Assembly (NCBI GenBank): GCA_001275005.1
Contig: JWZX01003017.1
Coordinates: 1-42,513, forward strand
From: Chrysochromulina tobinii
Taxonomy: Eukaryota
Reading direction: 5' to 3'
Length of the DNA: 42,513 bases
Under the pieces are notes generated by a model. The model was not told the DNA's origin. It worked only from the letters and a program-made list of their open reading frames with translations, and did not search any database. A program made the position numbers and the translations under genes. Shown here in pieces: positions 39,799-42,513 of the stretch. How positions within the stretch are numbered: the stretch's first letter is position 1; each line of letters begins with the position of its first letter.

Positions 39799-42349
39799 AT
39801 GGACATGCTCGCGGACGCTGTGCTCGCGGCGGAGCGGGATGTCGTTCGCATCCTCACCGGGGGGCTCGCGGGCGAGTACGAGCGCGCGCCCCCCCAAGTG
39901 GCCCCCGGCCCCTCGGAGCGCGTGACAGCTGCTTTTGCCCGCTCCGCTTACGACGAGGCGCTCGAGAAGATGGCGCTGAAACGGAAAAACGACGAGGAGC
40001 GGATGTACGCGCTCGGGTACGAGACCGTATGGATGCCAGGCGAAACCAAGACGCGCGTGAGCGACAAGCAGAAGCCCATGTACACGAAGACGTGGTGCCC
40101 CGAGGGCGATACGAGCGGGGTGCCCGTCGGCGACCACACCTTCAACAAGAAGGACATCTTGCGCAAGCGACGTTCGCCGGCGCCCCCGACGATCCCGTAC
40201 GACCCCGCCCAGTTCCTCAAGAAGCCGCGCCTCCCAGGGGCACCACCGCCTGGAAGTGTGCTTGTGGGTCTTCCGGGCCGGAATTTCCTTGGTGGTCCGC
40301 GCCCTGGGGCAGGGGGCGCGGCCAGCGGGCTGTTTTGCGACGAGGAGTCGCTCGACCGGAACGGTGCAAGGCGGCCGCCTGGGGCCCTGCCGCCTTCGAG
40401 CCCGTGGCATACCGCCCCCTCGGCCGGCAGCGAGCCCGGCAGCGAGCATGTGGGCGGCCTTCCGGGCGGCGGCGCGCCAACAACGGACACTGGGGGTAAC
40501 CCGTCAGACCCGAATGGCCGCCCGAGCCCGTCAGACTCGATGGCAACCTCGGTGCCGACTGGCGCGGATGGCCGCTCGATGCCGCCAAGCCGCGATGCGC
40601 GCAGCGATGAGGCCGAGACGCCCGTTGGGGTCGCGTCGCACCGCGGACTGGCAGACTACCAACCCCTTCCGCCGCCGCCGATGAAGAGCGACTCCATGCA
40701 GATGGTCGAAGCGCTCCACTCGCTCAGCGGCGCACGCCCGACTGGGGGCGCAGCGGCGGCGCAGGAAGGGGAACCGCCCAACACGACGCGCGAACAGCTG
40801 GCGACGCCCAACACGACGCCCGCCTCGAGCTTGTACCCCGTTTCGAAAGGCGGTGATCCCGCGGGCGGTTCGAGCGTCGTGGCGGGCGGTGCGAGCAGGT
40901 CCTCGAAGCCCTCCGACGGCGGCCCAACCGCGCTACCGTCGGCGGTCCTACGTGCAGTGTCCCCTGCCTCAGGCCTGCCCCCTCTCCTCATCGACGGTCG
41001 TAAAGTCAAGGGCTTCCTGACGCAGCCAGTGGTGCCGCCCGGGGCGGCGGCCGCCGCGGCCGTGTTGGCAGGCGAGGTCGAAGGGGCGGACGCTGAACAC
41101 AACGCGGCGGGCGGGTATGCAGGGGTGGACAGCCCGTTGGGGTCGCATGCGTGGCCGGGCGGTCCGCCGCTAGCGGCATCGTCCAACAAGAGGAGCCGTC
41201 TGCCGCCCTGCGCCGCCGCTGCCGCCGGAGCTCGCCATGCCGGGCAAGCCCAACTGGAAGCCGAGCCGGCAGCGGTGCGGCGCTTGCGCGGGCTGCATGC
41301 GCAAGGATTGTGTAGAGTGCCCCAACTGCCTTGACAAGCCCAAGTTCGGTGGACAGGGCCGTCGGAAGCAGGCGTGCGAGAAGCGCATCTGCATGTACCC
41401 CCAGCCGAGCCAGACCTACCAGACCTACCCGCAGTACGTTATGAACGCCACCGCAGCGGGCTACGACCGCGCTCACATCTACATGCCGCACAGCATGTTT
41501 GAGCCCATGTCCCCTCTCGGCATCAGCCCGCAGCGTGCCGCTCGTCTCGCATTGGAGAATGCCGAGCGTCCGTCTTCGCTGCCCACACCCTCGCCACTAG
41601 GCCAGCCACACGACGCCCAACACGACGCGCACGCGCCGCAGATCGGCGGGAGCTTGGGCGTCGTGTTGGGCTCACCCGACGACGGCTGCGGCGCCAGTGC
41701 TGCCGCCATGAGCGCCCTGAGCAGCATGCACGCCGGCGGCAGCTTGGGCGCACCCCCCGGAATCGAAAGCCGAAGCATTGGCGGCAGCTTGGGCGGCTTG
41801 GGCGGCGGCGGTGGCGGCGGCGGCGGTGCCACCAGTGCAGCCAAGCCCAAGAAGACGAAGCGCTGTGGGGAGTGCCCGGGCTGCCGCCACGACGTTCATG
41901 AGGACTGCGGGGAGTGCCTCAACTGCCTCGACAAGCCCAAGTTCGGAGGCGCCAACCAGCGCAAGCAGGCTTGCGTGAAGCGCACGTGCACCAACCCGCA
42001 GCCTAACCCCGAGTACTACGCCAGCCTGCCTGGCGCTGCTGCTGCTGCTGCTGCTGCCGCCGCTGCTGCTGCTGCTGGCGGTGGCGGCGGCGGCGGCGGC
42101 GGCACGTACTCCGTCTCCGGCGGCGGCCTGGGCGCGGAAGCGGCAGCAGCAACGGCGCGCGAGGCCGCGATTAGTTTGCCATGCTCATCTCCTGCAACGG
42201 AGGCCACCGGGATGGCGGCAGTGCTCACGGCGGCGCTCACGGCGGCGGCGCGAGACATCGACAACGAGCTCGCGTCGTTTGAGGACGACGCGCCCACGGT
42301 GCGCCCGCCCAAGCTCGACTCGGCTGCCGGCACAACAGACGCCCCCTAG
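39799..42349 (+). CDS. Protein with two CXXC zinc fingers; frame change near 41100-41230 and probable continuation past 42349
   Basis: CGACAGCMRKDCVECPNCLDKPKFGGQGRRKQACEKRIC and CGECPGC...DCGECLNCLDKPKFGGANQRKQACVKRTC both have the KFGG motif. The upstream ORF from MDMLADAV (39799) overlaps in another frame. Confidence 0.8.
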
Positions 42350-42513
42350 GCAGCAGGCTCGGCAACGTCCCCAACGACGACGCCCGGGGCGGCGGCCGCC
42401 GCGCCCGCGCCGGAGCCTGCTCGCTCTCGCACCGGTCGTCCTCACAAGCCCAAACAGCAGTTTGGCGCGGGCGACGAGTACGAGCTGGAGGGGCGCGTGC
42501 GCCCGGGTGCAGC

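Overview
GC-rich, gene-dense, intron-poor eukaryotic nuclear DNA. It probably comes from a flagellated alga with a complex plastid (haptophyte-like). This is inferred from the flagellar/centriolar genes DRC10/IQCD and CEP44, short GT-AG introns and a MATE transporter with a bipartite plastid-type presequence. About 16 protein genes can be supported, several as tight head-to-head pairs: IQCD; Tudor-like + SP-RING protein; UIM-Pelle/IRAK kinase-RING-PDZ; PAN/apple membrane receptor; frameshifted DUF4116 repeat protein; PPPDE peptidase; TM-HET-like-LRR protein; MATE; inositol polyphosphate kinase with a degenerate second domain; PAN + GT77 glycosyltransferase; alphaproteobacterial-type FolC; a large multi-domain chromatin reader; CEP44; a hypothetical protein; a GT-B glycosyltransferase; and a double-CXXC protein. 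The first ~17 kb is rich in receptor, immune-like and ubiquitin/SUMO modules. I found no supportable rRNA, tRNA, CRISPR array or autonomous transposon. All family calls come from recognising motifs by eye, not from database searches.
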